Below, in pieces: positions 18,944 through 28,964 of a stretch of DNA of 64,000 bases. Below the pieces are notes generated by a model. That model was not told the DNA's origin. It made no database searches and worked only from the letters and a program-made list of their open reading frames with translations. How positions within the stretch are numbered: the first letter of the stretch is position 1; every line of letters begins with the position of its first letter. Location of the stretch: IMG/VR virus record IMGVR_UViG_3300027971_000047, positions 6,639-70,638 of that record. One strand, given 5' to 3'. This DNA comes from a virus. The position numbers and the translations under genes were made by a program.

Positions 18944-19306
18944 ATGACAGATTTACGCGGAAAGATATTTGAAGCAGACGACATTACGAAGGAGTTACTG
19001 CAAGTCCCTGAGTGGGGCGTTTCAGTAGAAATTCGTTCTATGACGGCTGGACAGAGAGCAACACTTACTGAGGGGGCAACCTCGGCAGATAAAGTGGACA
19101 TTTCTAATATGTACGCAAAGACTGTTATCGCAACTGTGTTTGACCCTACAACGGGTTTACCAGTCTTTACAGAACAAGACCGTGAAGCAATTCTTTCTAA
19201 GAATGGCGCAGTCATTGAGCGTTTGGCAACAAAGGCTCTTGGCAGTTCAGGTCTAGGTGATAAGGCGGTAGACCAAGCACAGGCTCGATTTCCTAAAGAA
19301 TCCTGA
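18944..19306 (+). CDS. Tail assembly chaperone (G)
   Basis: AAGGAG RBS; VPEWG..V.IRSMT; between tube and tape measure. Confidence 0.75.
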   Translation: MTDLRGKIFEADDITKELLQVPEWGVSVEIRSMTAGQRATLTEGATSADKVDISNMYAKTVIATVFDPTTGLPVFTEQDREAILSKNGAVIERLATKALGSSGLGDKAVDQAQARFPKES

Positions 19307-19484
19307 GAGACGGTTTCTTTTTGAACTAGCAGAAAAGTTAGGTAGGACGGTGGGGGAACTTCTTTACGGAAGTAAATCCCACCGCCCACTTAGCAGTATG
19401 GAATTGACCGAATGGAACGCTTTCTATCTTGTAAAAGAAAAGGAACGCGAGAAAGCCGAGAGAAGAGCAAAGGCTAGGAGATAA
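19290..19484 (+). other. Tail assembly chaperone frameshift extension (GT), +1 frame
   Basis: FLFELAEKLGRTVGEL...LSSMELTEWNAFY, no good own start, ends just before tape measure ATG. Confidence 0.65.
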
Positions 19485-22400
19485 ATGGCTGATTCACCAA
19501 CCATGGAAGTCCGCGCTCGCCTCACCGCTGATTCTGCTCAATTCACAAAAGGTTTACAAGAAGCATCAAAAAGTGCTGAAAATTTTCAAGTAGCGGCTGG
19601 CAGATTAAATGGAAGTTTAACAGCGCTTGGTGCCGTTGCCGCAACCGCGGCTATTGGTTTAATTGTTTTTGCTACTAAGTCATTCAAAGCCGCCGCTGAA
19701 GTTCAAGAGTTAGATATTGCTTTACAGGCTATTGGTCAGTCCACTCGCTACGGATATGAGCAACTTGCTATTGCGGTTGAAGAAATCAAAAAAATTGGAA
19801 TATCTGCGGTGGGCGCCCAGCGAGCAGTTATTAAACTTGCTCAATCAAATGTTGATTTAGGTGATGCAACTCAATTAGCCACCATCGCTCAAAACTTATC
19901 TGTTACAGCAAGTGTAAATTCTGCTGACGCTTTACAAACTTTAATTTTTGCTATCACAACTGGGCAAACAAGAATGTTACGCCAAATTGGTATTACGACT
20001 GGGGCTACCGAGGCTTTTGCCATCTATGGTCGGACAATAGGTAAGAGCGCTAGTGAGTTAAATATGGCTGAAAGACGCCAAGCAGTAATGAATTTTATTC
20101 TAAAAGAAGGAGCAAAAGTTCAAAATGCTTATACCCTTGCAATACAAAGCCCTTCTCGAGCCTTAAAAGAAATGGGTGACCAAACTAGAAGATTGCAAGA
20201 AGCAGTTGGCTCAAGATTATTAACTGCCTTCAGCAAAATAATTTTATCCACTCTTGCGTTGTCTACTAAATTTACAAAAGCCTCAGAAGGAAGTGGAACT
20301 TTTTCTAAATTCCTTGATGCTATGGAAAAAGTATTAACTAAATTGTCAGACCCAATTGCAAAACTAGCAACAAACCTAGGTAACTTTATTGAAAAAGTGG
20401 ATAAAAGTAAATTAAGTATTGATGGAATTGCCTCGGCTATGGAAAAAATACTACCTATTGCATTAGCATTTACTACTTATTTTGGTATTACAGCAGGTAA
20501 ATCTTTGTCCCAAGCGGCGCCTTTTTTCCAAGGTTTCTTTAATGCCTTAAATGGATACAAGGTAATTTTTACACTTTTTGCTCTTGCCGTGTCATCTCCC
20601 CAAATACGAGGGGCGCTAGGGCAATTGATTTCTGCTTTTGCTCCTTTATTACCAATACTTAAAAAAGTTGGAGCAGTATTTACAGAGGTGTCTGCTTTAG
20701 CAATTGGTGTTTTTGCAAAGGCTATACAACTGGTTGCCAACATAGTCAAAGCAACTATAAGTTTTATTCAAAGGTTTGCTGAAGTATTTAAGGTTTTAGG
20801 AGTTGCTATTGCGGCAGTTGCTCTAGGGTATGGCGCATATAGAGCAGTCATATTACTTACCACAGCGGCGACAGCAATTATGGGAACCGTAACGGCGGGA
20901 GTCACAATAGTAATAAATGCTTTAAGAAGTGCGGTGGCTATATTAAATATGACCATAGCCTTAAACCCTATTCCGCTCTTTATTGGAGTAGTTGTTGCCC
21001 TATTAGTGGCTCTTGGTTATTTAATTAAAACAAATAAAACCGTAGGTGATGTTTTTAAGACAGTCTTTAACTTTATTGCTAAAGTTGTAATCAGCGTCTT
21101 TGCATACATTGTAAAGGCTATTGGCTATGTAATAAAAGCCTTTGCTTCCATTATGCGAGTTCTTGGTTTCTTTGCAGAAGTTATTGCTATGGTCTTTGAG
21201 TTTGTAATTGACATTATTCTTACTTGGTATAAGTTTTTACTTAAGGCTATTAAGTTCGTTGTCGATGCTTTTATTATGTTTATGGAATCCCAAGGAACTC
21301 TTTACGATGTAGTTAAAACTATATTCAATGCAATTATCAAGGTAATTTCTTTAGTCGTAGAAGGCATTGTTAGAGTCTTTGCATTTATCATTGGTGCCGT
21401 TGCTGACCTAGTGGGGGCATTTAATGATTTGTTTGGCGGAGTTAAAAACATATTCCTAAAGATTCTATCGGCTATTGGAAATGTAGGCGAAGGAATTTTT
21501 GGTATTTTAGATGATATAGCCCAAGGAGTAGGTAAATTTCTTGGTTTTGTTTTTGACAAATTAACTGGATGGATTAAATCGCTTGCGGCATTATTTGAAA
21601 AAATTCCTTTAGTCGGCGCTCAAATTTCAAACGGTATAAAAAGCGGTCTTGCCGCTGGTCAAGCATTAGTTACAGGTTTTGCATCCACGCTTGTAGGGTT
21701 TGGTAAAACAGCATTTGATGGAATCCTTAGCGGGGTAACAAAAACAGTTAATGGTATATCTACTGTTGGAAATGCAGTTGAAAAAGGATTAAGGGCAACA
21801 GAGAAAACTCTTACTAATTTTGCGGTTAAAGTTCAGGAGTTTGGAAATAAAGATAATGGTGCCAAACTTATTGAAGGTTTAGTTGGTGGAGCAAAGACAG
21901 CATCAGCCGCTTTAGGAACAATGATTGACGCCCTTGGCGAAGCAGTTAAGTTTGATTTTGCAGGAACAGTAGGAAAATTTATTGATAGCGTGGCTGATAA
22001 GGCTGACGCGGCTGGTGATTATTTAATTGCCCTTTCAACTCAGATGTTGGCGTTTGCAGATACAACAGATTTTGCTGGCAATGTTGCAGACGGCATTGGC
22101 GACTTTATTGGAAAAATTCAAGATAGTCTTAAAGAAGGTCTTGGCTTTGGAGACATTCTTAAAAAAGAAAAAGAAAAAGCCGATAAAGCAGGTACAGGTA
22201 CTACCGATGATGCTTTAGGTTCTATTCAAGACCAAGCAGATTTAATGAAAAAAATTCGTGAAGCAATGAAGGCTGGCATTGAGTCAATAAGTGATGTTCT
22301 ATCAGACCTACAACAAGCGGCTAAAGATTTTGCAGATTCCCTCAAAGACACCATTATGGGTTTTGCTGGACTCAAAGGTGTAGAACTTCCTGATGGATTT

Positions 22401-22892
22401 ATTCCTAAAGCAAAATCTCTTATTGAAAATATGCGGACTCGGCTTAATAAGAGCCAACAGTTTGCTAGTCAGATAACTCAACTACAAGCCCTTGGTTTAG
22501 ATGCAACTGCAATTAAAGATTTAGTTGAATCAGGACCAATCAAGGGCGCTCAAATTGCGGCGTCAATTCTTGGTGGAGGCGCTGAGGCAATTGCACAAAT
22601 CAATGAGATTCAAAAGTCAATTGCATTTACTGGTGCGGCAATTGGTAAGTTCGGTTCAGAGGCGGCGTTTGGTCAAAAGATTGCAAGCGCTCAGGCTGGT
22701 ATTGCTCAAATCACCGATGCAGAGGCAAGTTTTAGAGGAGTCGGTGGAAACAATATAGTTATTGAGCAGGGCGCGTTTGTAGTTAATGTTGATACAACAG
22801 GTGCCGCAGACCAAGGTGAAAAGGCTGACATAATCACTAAGAGAATTCAAGAAACATTCGCTATCTTGGCAAAAGAATTGGCTAACAAATAA
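19485..22892 (+). CDS. Tape measure protein
   Basis: 1135 aa, Ala/Gly/Ile-rich helical repeats and hydrophobic stretches; position. Confidence 0.9.
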   Translation: MADSPTMEVRARLTADSAQFTKGLQEASKSAENFQVAAGRLNGSLTALGAVAATAAIGLIVFATKSFKAAAEVQELDIALQAIGQSTRYGYEQLAIAVEEIKKIGISAVGAQRAVIKLAQSNVDLGDATQLATIAQNLSVTASVNSADALQTLIFAITTGQTRMLRQIGITTGATEAFAIYGRTIGKSASELNMAERRQAVMNFILKEGAKVQNAYTLAIQSPSRALKEMGDQTRRLQEAVGSRLLTAFSKIILSTLALSTKFTKASEGSGTFSKFLDAMEKVLTKLSDPIAKLATNLGNFIEKVDKSKLSIDGIASAMEKILPIALAFTTYFGITAGKSLSQAAPFFQGFFNALNGYKVIFTLFALAVSSPQIRGALGQLISAFAPLLPILKKVGAVFTEVSALAIGVFAKAIQLVANIVKATISFIQRFAEVFKVLGVAIAAVALGYGAYRAVILLTTAATAIMGTVTAGVTIVINALRSAVAILNMTIALNPIPLFIGVVVALLVALGYLIKTNKTVGDVFKTVFNFIAKVVISVFAYIVKAIGYVIKAFASIMRVLGFFAEVIAMVFEFVIDIILTWYKFLLKAIKFVVDAFIMFMESQGTLYDVVKTIFNAIIKVISLVVEGIVRVFAFIIGAVADLVGAFNDLFGGVKNIFLKILSAIGNVGEGIFGILDDIAQGVGKFLGFVFDKLTGWIKSLAALFEKIPLVGAQISNGIKSGLAAGQALVTGFASTLVGFGKTAFDGILSGVTKTVNGISTVGNAVEKGLRATEKTLTNFAVKVQEFGNKDNGAKLIEGLVGGAKTASAALGTMIDALGEAVKFDFAGTVGKFIDSVADKADAAGDYLIALSTQMLAFADTTDFAGNVADGIGDFIGKIQDSLKEGLGFGDILKKEKEKADKAGTGTTDDALGSIQDQADLMKKIREAMKAGIESISDVLSDLQQAAKDFADSLKDTIMGFAGLKGVELPDGFIPKAKSLIENMRTRLNKSQQFASQITQLQALGLDATAIKDLVESGPIKGAQIAASILGGGAEAIAQINEIQKSIAFTGAAIGKFGSEAAFGQKIASAQAGIAQITDAEASFRGVGGNNIVIEQGAFVVNVDTTGAADQGEKADIITKRIQETFAILAKELANK

Positions 22893-24463
22893 TGGCTACC
22901 TATGTACTTCGCCCTAACGCAAACTGGAATAACGCCGCTTCTTTTACTATCTCAGGTGGGTCTGCTTCAGTTCATGCGGCGCTCGCTGATTCAAGCGATA
23001 ACACATTTGTTAAGCGCACTAGCACAACAGTTCCCATTTCTTATGAAGCAGAGTTTGGAACAACAACTTTAGCCGCTACGGAAAAAGTTGCCTATGTTAA
23101 TCTTCGCGCCCGTGCCACGATAGGAACTACTGGCAGTATCCAATTGAGTCTTGGAGTTATTACAGACCGAAATGGTAGAGAGGTTTACTACTCAGTTCCA
23201 TTTACTAAAGCAAACACTTTGACAATTACAACCCTTGATACAGCCTTAAAACTTACAACCGCTCCAAATGGTGAGGCTTGGACTCAGACTTTAATTGATA
23301 ACTTAGTTGTTAAATTTACAGACAACTCAATAATAAGCGGTGACCGTGCTGAACTTGTTGCTCTTTTTATTGATGTAGAAACTACAACTCAACCAACCGT
23401 TACAGTCACAGCGCCGAGTGGAACTATCACAGATACTACTTTTCCTTCAGTCACTTGGACTTATGCTGATGTAGATGGAGACCCACAAAGCGCGTATGAA
23501 GTAAAAATTTTTGACGCCGCTACATACGGTGGCTCAGGTTTTGACCCTGCAACAACAACCCCATCAGTAGAGACTGGAGTTGTAACTTCAGGTAACGACG
23601 GGCAAACGCTTGAGGCTGACTTAGCCGATAGCACAACTTATAGAGCCTATGTGCGAGTTGCTCAATTATTAAACGGTGCTGATTACTTTAGTGATTATGC
23701 TTATAGTCAATTTACTATTGATGTTGATGCTCCCGCTACACCACTTATTACTGCTTTCTACGATACCAACATTGAGGCAGTAACCCTTACAGTTTTTGGT
23801 AGAACAAATGTTCTAAGCGCTAACCAAGCCTCCCTTGAAACCAATACAACTGGTTGGATTGCAGTAACAAATTCTTCAATTGCTCGTTCAACTGCTCAAT
23901 TCTCTGATGGCACAGCCTCACTTGCAATAACAGCAACAGCATCAGGAGATGCCACGGCATCAACAACTACTGGTACAAAATTTATAGTTTCAGCAAACCA
24001 AGAATTTTCTGCTATTGCAGATTTTAAGGCAGGGAGTACAACCCGTGATTGTGCAGTTGGTATTCGCTATTTGACTTCAGCGGGTGCAACAATAAGCACG
24101 ACTTTTGGAACATCAGTCAGCGCAACCAGTTCTGCTTGGGCAACAGCGAGTGCAACAGTTTTAGCACCCCCAACCGCTACCCATGCTCAGGTTTTTGTAA
24201 AAGTTGTTAGCGCAAGTGCAAGCGGAGTTCACTATGTAGACAAGATTGGCTTTCACTCAGGTGATGAGCCTGTTTTTACCCGCGGTGGTTTTTCAGAATT
24301 CAAATTTGATGTAGAGCGTTCAGATGATGGAGGAACTGTATTTACCGCTATCCGCAACAGTCCAGTATCGGCTGATACTTCACAGATTGCTCAAATTGAC
24401 GACTATGAAGTTCCCCTTGATACAACAATCCAATACAGAGCGAAAGCGAGGGCTGATATTTAA
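22892..24463 (+). CDS. Minor tail protein with carbohydrate-binding-like domains
   Basis: Follows tape measure; Thr/Ser-rich, N.SLET.TTGW pattern. Confidence 0.65.
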   Translation: MATYVLRPNANWNNAASFTISGGSASVHAALADSSDNTFVKRTSTTVPISYEAEFGTTTLAATEKVAYVNLRARATIGTTGSIQLSLGVITDRNGREVYYSVPFTKANTLTITTLDTALKLTTAPNGEAWTQTLIDNLVVKFTDNSIISGDRAELVALFIDVETTTQPTVTVTAPSGTITDTTFPSVTWTYADVDGDPQSAYEVKIFDAATYGGSGFDPATTTPSVETGVVTSGNDGQTLEADLADSTTYRAYVRVAQLLNGADYFSDYAYSQFTIDVDAPATPLITAFYDTNIEAVTLTVFGRTNVLSANQASLETNTTGWIAVTNSSIARSTAQFSDGTASLAITATASGDATASTTTGTKFIVSANQEFSAIADFKAGSTTRDCAVGIRYLTSAGATISTTFGTSVSATSSAWATASATVLAPPTATHAQVFVKVVSASASGVHYVDKIGFHSGDEPVFTRGGFSEFKFDVERSDDGGTVFTAIRNSPVSADTSQIAQIDDYEVPLDTTIQYRAKARADI

Positions 24464-24888
24464 TGGCTACTATTTCTTCAGGTTACACATCCTCTTCTCC
24501 TATTCTTGTTAATAATCCTCTAAGTTGGTCTTTTGTCGCCCCCGATGATGATGATATAAAAGTTGTAGGAGTTAGTGTTCAACAACCTTTGAGTCAAACT
24601 ATTGTTGAAGCCTATGGAGTATTCAAACCCCTCGGTGCCTCTAAGTCAGTTGTTGTAGCCCAATCTATTTATGGCATTGATGGCACCTATGAAATTACAG
24701 TTCAAGGAGAAGATGATTGGGATGAGTTGTATCCAGTTCTTGTTTACCAAGGAACTTTATTAGTACGCGACCCGCTTGCTCGTCTGAAGTATGTTCGTTT
24801 TGTAGATAGAAACTGGGTTGAGTCAGGCAACATCGATAGTTTAATCAGAGTTGTAAAAGTTACTTACTTTGAAGTTGATGCCCCATAA
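24463..24888 (+). CDS. Minor tail protein (distal tail-like)
   Basis: Position; ends FEVDAP. Confidence 0.55.
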   Translation: MATISSGYTSSSPILVNNPLSWSFVAPDDDDIKVVGVSVQQPLSQTIVEAYGVFKPLGASKSVVVAQSIYGIDGTYEITVQGEDDWDELYPVLVYQGTLLVRDPLARLKYVRFVDRNWVESGNIDSLIRVVKVTYFEVDAP

Positions 24889-26006
24889 TGTATCCAGTCT
24901 CGGCTTCATTCAAAGAGACCGTAAAAAAATCTCATGTAACTAAAGTAAAGGTTGAAGTCTTTGATGTTTCAAACGGAACTATTATTAGTACCGCTCAACC
25001 AATTTCAGGAAGCGTAAGTATTGATAACCGCCGTTCAGTTCGGCGCGAATGTTCCCTTGAGTTCATAGATAAAGATGGAACCTTAGTTCCACAAAACAAT
25101 AGGTCGGCAATCTTTCTGCCATATAACCGAGAAATAAAAATTTACCGCGGGGTTGTCTTTCCTGACGGCACCGAGGAATTAGTTCCTCTTGGAGTATTTG
25201 TAATTACGGGTGTAGAAATTACAGATACAGCCCAAGGTGTAAAAATTGCAGTCAAAGGCTCTGACCGAAGTTTGCTTCTTGCTCGGGCTAAATTTACAAA
25301 TCATGAGTTCTATATTGCCGATGGCACAGCCAAAGAAACTGCTATTGAACAAATTTTGAAATTTAGATACCCACAAGTTAAAACAATTTTCCCTGCTACT
25401 GGACAAGTTACAACTTTGCTTTACCCAACCCTTGACCAAAGTTCTGACCCGTGGCGTGAGGCTTTGAAGATTGCCGAGTCCGCTTCTATGGATTTATATT
25501 TTGATGAGAATGGTACAGCCCGTATGCGACCAATCCCCGACCCTGACTTGGGGTCACCAGTTGCAACATATACCGACGGCGCTGATTCAATCTTAATTCA
25601 AATCAATCGTTCTCTTAGTATTGATGAGTCCTATAATGGGGTTATATTTACAGGAGAGGGAACAAACTTATCTATTGGTGTAATTGGTGAAGCCTTTGAC
25701 GATAACCCAAGTTCACCTACCTACCGCAAAACTTATGGTGAGGTTGTAAAGTTTATGAGCAGTCCAACGGTGCTTACAGTTGCCGAGGCAACTGAGGCGG
25801 CTAAGGCTGAGTTAAAGAAAGTCATAGGCTCAACTGAGAAAATTACATGGGACCAAATAGTGAACCCTGCTCATGATGTTTATGACCTAGTAAAAATTAC
25901 CCGTACTCCAGTTGGCGTAGACAAAATTTTGACCCTAGACTCAATCACGATACCCCTAGATGCCAAGGGTACGATGAACGCAATTGGTAGAAGTAGGAGA
26001 TTCTGA
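24888..26006 (+). CDS. Minor tail / baseplate hub-like protein
   Basis: GSVSID..RSVRR, ELVPLGVF, LYFD.NG. Confidence 0.7.
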   Translation: MYPVSASFKETVKKSHVTKVKVEVFDVSNGTIISTAQPISGSVSIDNRRSVRRECSLEFIDKDGTLVPQNNRSAIFLPYNREIKIYRGVVFPDGTEELVPLGVFVITGVEITDTAQGVKIAVKGSDRSLLLARAKFTNHEFYIADGTAKETAIEQILKFRYPQVKTIFPATGQVTTLLYPTLDQSSDPWREALKIAESASMDLYFDENGTARMRPIPDPDLGSPVATYTDGADSILIQINRSLSIDESYNGVIFTGEGTNLSIGVIGEAFDDNPSSPTYRKTYGEVVKFMSSPTVLTVAEATEAAKAELKKVIGSTEKITWDQIVNPAHDVYDLVKITRTPVGVDKILTLDSITIPLDAKGTMNAIGRSRRF

Positions 26007-26248
26007 TGGACTTGGCTTACCTTGTAAATCAAATAAAAGGCGATGTCAGTTTGCCAAATCTAAGACTTCGCCAAGCAAAAGTTGTGACTGTAAATGTCAG
26101 TCCCGCTACTCTTGATGTTCAAATTGCTGGAGGCACAAACACCTTGCCTAAAGTTAAGTATTTGAGCAGTTATAGCCCAACGCAAAATGACACAGTTTGG
26201 TTAATATCATTTGGCGCAGATTTGTTAGTCATTGGGAAACAAGCATAA
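26006..26248 (+). CDS. Small tail tip/spike-like protein
   Basis: YLSSYSP..NDTVW....G.DLLVIG; follows hub gene. Confidence 0.55.
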   Translation: MDLAYLVNQIKGDVSLPNLRLRQAKVVTVNVSPATLDVQIAGGTNTLPKVKYLSSYSPTQNDTVWLISFGADLLVIGKQA

Positions 26249-26306
26249 TAACCGTGGTTCATAAACCATAGGTTAGAATTTATCCACCTACTCTTAGGAG
26301 AATATA

Positions 26307-26564
26307 ATGGACAGTAAAATTAAAGCAATGCTCGCTTCGTATGGACGCTCATTCCTAGCGGCAGTAACAACAGCCTTCATGATTACAGGCGGGGACATCC
26401 TTGCTCTTGACGGCGATGCACTCAAAGCAATTCTAGCGGCTGGCGTTTCTGCCGTTCTCCCCGTTGCCATCAGAGCGGCTAATCCTAAAGACCCTGCGTT
26501 TGGCAAGATTGCCGACGGAGTAACTGAGGCAGTCGTAAAAAAAATTAAAGCAAAGAAAAAATAA
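26307..26564 (+). CDS. Holin
   Basis: SYGRSFLAA...LPV..RA.NP.D.AFG, hydrophobic segments, basic C-terminus, next to endolysin. Confidence 0.7.
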   Translation: MDSKIKAMLASYGRSFLAAVTTAFMITGGDILALDGDALKAILAAGVSAVLPVAIRAANPKDPAFGKIADGVTEAVVKKIKAKKK

Positions 26565-27047
26565 ATGTCAGTCCAAAAAGTCTTGACCTCCGCGAAAGCG
26601 GAGGTTGATGCTGGTTACAAAGAAACTGGCGAAAACGACACAAAATTTGGCAAGTGGTATGGACTCAATAACCAACCTTGGTGCGCTATGTATGTCTCAT
26701 GGTGTTTCAAGGAGGCAGGTCTATCCCCTCTAGTCGCGGCTCAATCTGCAAAAGGTTTTGCCTCATGCGATGCTGGTTTGAAATGGTTTGCAAGTAAAGG
26801 TCAATTAGTTCCAGTAGGACAAGCAAGGGCTGGAGATATTGCATTTTTTCAGTTTGATGAAGATGCACAGCCTGACCATGTTGGTATTGTAAAATGGAAC
26901 AACACAACCTTAAAGTATTTACAAGTTTACGAAGGCAATACAAGTGGTGATGGAAAGGGAAGTCAATCAAACGGAGATGGCACTTTCTTAAAGAAAAGAC
27001 CTTACAAACTAATCATGGGTATTGCTCGCCCAAAGTACGAGGCATAA
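26565..27047 (+). CDS. Endolysin, CHAP domain
   Basis: PWCAMYVSW, HVGIV, EGNT. Confidence 0.85.
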   Translation: MSVQKVLTSAKAEVDAGYKETGENDTKFGKWYGLNNQPWCAMYVSWCFKEAGLSPLVAAQSAKGFASCDAGLKWFASKGQLVPVGQARAGDIAFFQFDEDAQPDHVGIVKWNNTTLKYLQVYEGNTSGDGKGSQSNGDGTFLKKRPYKLIMGIARPKYEA

Positions 27048-27050
27048 AAA

Positions 27051-27332
27051 ATGAGCGAAGAGGTGAAACCGAGTTTAGGAGAGATTATGCGTCGGCTTGA
27101 TGACTTGACCATGGAAGTCAAGCAGATGAATCTCAATGTTGGTCAGACCTATCTTCGCAAAGATGTTTATGATTCTGACTCCGAAAGATTTGCTCAAGCC
27201 ATGACACACATTACAGACCGTCTTGAGAAGATGGAGTCCCGCTCTGAGTGGGTAGTCAGGACAGTCGGCGCTCTCATGATTTCAACCATTGTCGGTGCCT
27301 CCGTGTATGTTGGACAAGTAATCGGGTTGTAG
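27051..27332 (+). CDS. Membrane protein of lysis module
   Basis: Coiled-coil followed by C-terminal hydrophobic helix. Confidence 0.55.
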   Translation: MSEEVKPSLGEIMRRLDDLTMEVKQMNLNVGQTYLRKDVYDSDSERFAQAMTHITDRLEKMESRSEWVVRTVGALMISTIVGASVYVGQVIGL

Positions 27333-27336
27333 GTAC

Positions 27337-27366
27337 TTGACAAACTAAACTAGGGTTTAGTATCCT
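27337..27366 (+). promoter_or_regulatory. Sigma70-type promoter with AAC-N4-GTT box in the spacer
   Basis: TTGACA 27337, AACTAGGGTT 27348, TATCCT 27361. Confidence 0.65.
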
Positions 27367-27389
27367 CTCCCATAACGAGAGGAGTCCAC

Positions 27390-27932
27390 ATGGACAACGC
27401 ATTAGAAGTAACACCAGTCGATGATTTTGAAATCATTGAAGAGCCAGCCCGTGAACCGTTTATTGTTGATGACGATTCAAAAGCAGATTGGGCAATGAGA
27501 AAACTTGCCTCCATTCGACGCAAGCAATCAGATAACACCGCCATCTTTGACCGAGAAGTACAGAGGGTCACAGAATGGCTTCAGAGGGTCAATACAGCCC
27601 TTGAGAGAGATGCTGAATGGTTTGAGGCGAACCTACGCCCATACGCCCTTCAGGAGCGCTCTAAAGACCGTAAAAGCATAGTCCTGCCCCACGGCACCAT
27701 CAAAACTATCTCAGGTCGAGTTAAGTTCGATATTGAGGATGAATCCAAGTTCCTTGAATGGGCTGAGACAAATGCCCCTGAATTAGTCAGAGTTAAAAAA
27801 GAAATTGATAAAAAAGCCCTAGGTGCTTTGAATCAGTCTGAAGATAAAGTAATATCAACCCAAGGCGAAATTGTTCCTTCAGTCAAAGTTGTACCCGCTG
27901 AAGTTTCAGTCTCGTTCTTAATAGCAGAGTAG
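27390..27932 (+). CDS. Gam-like host-nuclease inhibitor
   Basis: ADWAMRKL, KSIVLPHGTI, VRVKKEIDK. Confidence 0.7.
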   Translation: MDNALEVTPVDDFEIIEEPAREPFIVDDDSKADWAMRKLASIRRKQSDNTAIFDREVQRVTEWLQRVNTALERDAEWFEANLRPYALQERSKDRKSIVLPHGTIKTISGRVKFDIEDESKFLEWAETNAPELVRVKKEIDKKALGALNQSEDKVISTQGEIVPSVKVVPAEVSVSFLIAE

Positions 27933-27943
27933 AGAGAGGGAAC

Positions 27944-28606
27944 ATGGAAAACAAATTACCAATCGCTCAAGCCCTGAGTGAGATTATGAAAGCAGTTGGA
28001 GCAATTGCAAAGAAGGACAAGAACACAGCCCAAGGATTTAACTTCCGAGGAATTGATTCTGTTGTCAATGCAGTATCTCCAGCACTTCAAAAGTTCGGTG
28101 TAATCGTTGTGCCTTCAGTTGAAGAGTATGACTATCAAACAGTTGAGATTGGAAAGAACCGAACCGCTATGGGTCATGTCAGAGTCAAAGTGACTTATAC
28201 ATTTATTGGAGCAAACGGTGACACAATCAAAGCAACAGTAGTTGGCGAAGCAATGGACTCAGGCGATAAGGCAACAGCCAAAGCCATGTCAGTTGCTTTC
28301 CGTACTGCCTTACTTCAATCGCTATCACTTCCAACCGATGAGGTAGACCCTGATGCAACTTCTTATGAACGCTCAAGTGAGAAAGATGTTTTACCATCTG
28401 AGGCAGTCATCGTGAGAATTAGTCAATCAACCGATATGGAATCTTTATCTTTAATCGGTCAGTACATAACCTTGAACAAGGACGCTTACCCAGTCGCACT
28501 TCTTGACCAATTCCGTGCCAAGTTCAAAGAACAACAATCAAAAATAAATCCGCCTAAATTGGAAGAGGACGCCAATGACAAACAACTCGGAGGAGTTACC
28601 GTTTGA
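27944..28606 (+). CDS. ERF-family ssDNA annealing protein
   Basis: FNFRGID.V, GEAMDSGDKATAKAMS.AFR. Confidence 0.82.
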   Translation: MENKLPIAQALSEIMKAVGAIAKKDKNTAQGFNFRGIDSVVNAVSPALQKFGVIVVPSVEEYDYQTVEIGKNRTAMGHVRVKVTYTFIGANGDTIKATVVGEAMDSGDKATAKAMSVAFRTALLQSLSLPTDEVDPDATSYERSSEKDVLPSEAVIVRISQSTDMESLSLIGQYITLNKDAYPVALLDQFRAKFKEQQSKINPPKLEEDANDKQLGGVTV

Positions 28607-28964
28607 GCCTGAGTTACCTTATGGGGGAACTTCAGGTCACAGCGGTAGTGAAACCAGTAAAGAGCGAGCGCTAGATTCGGACAGGTCAGGACAGACTGCT
28701 CGGCGTCAAGCGCAAGCCTTGAAATTATTAGATGAGCAAAAATCATTTGGAATAACTTGGAAAGAGTTATCTGATATGACTGGATTACACCATGGAAACT
28801 CTTCGGGTGTATTGTCGGTACTTCACAAAACTGGGCGCATTGCAAGGTTGAGAGAACAACGAAATCGTTGCAAGGTCTATGTTAATTTAGATAGTATTCA
28901 AGGTAGAGCGATTGAGTTACAGGGACGCAAAAAGTGTTGTCCCCATTGTGGAGGTAATTTGTGA
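28575..28964 (+). CDS. Winged HTH protein
   Basis: GITWKELS...GLHHG..SG.LS.LHK.G; C-terminal CPHC. Confidence 0.55.
   Translation: MTNNSEELPFEPELPYGGTSGHSGSETSKERALDSDRSGQTARRQAQALKLLDEQKSFGITWKELSDMTGLHHGNSSGVLSVLHKTGRIARLREQRNRCKVYVNLDSIQGRAIELQGRKKCCPHCGGNL

Noticed and set aside
18826-19389. 187-aa minus-strand ORF and similar antisense ORFs in the structural region
   Set aside because: Shadows of well-supported plus-strand genes with no RBS or recognisable motifs
27348-27357. AAC-N4-GTT boxes as canonical LexA SOS boxes
   Set aside because: They lack the flanking G and C of GAAC-N4-GTTC and have a biased CCCA/TGGG core; kept only as an unassigned operator
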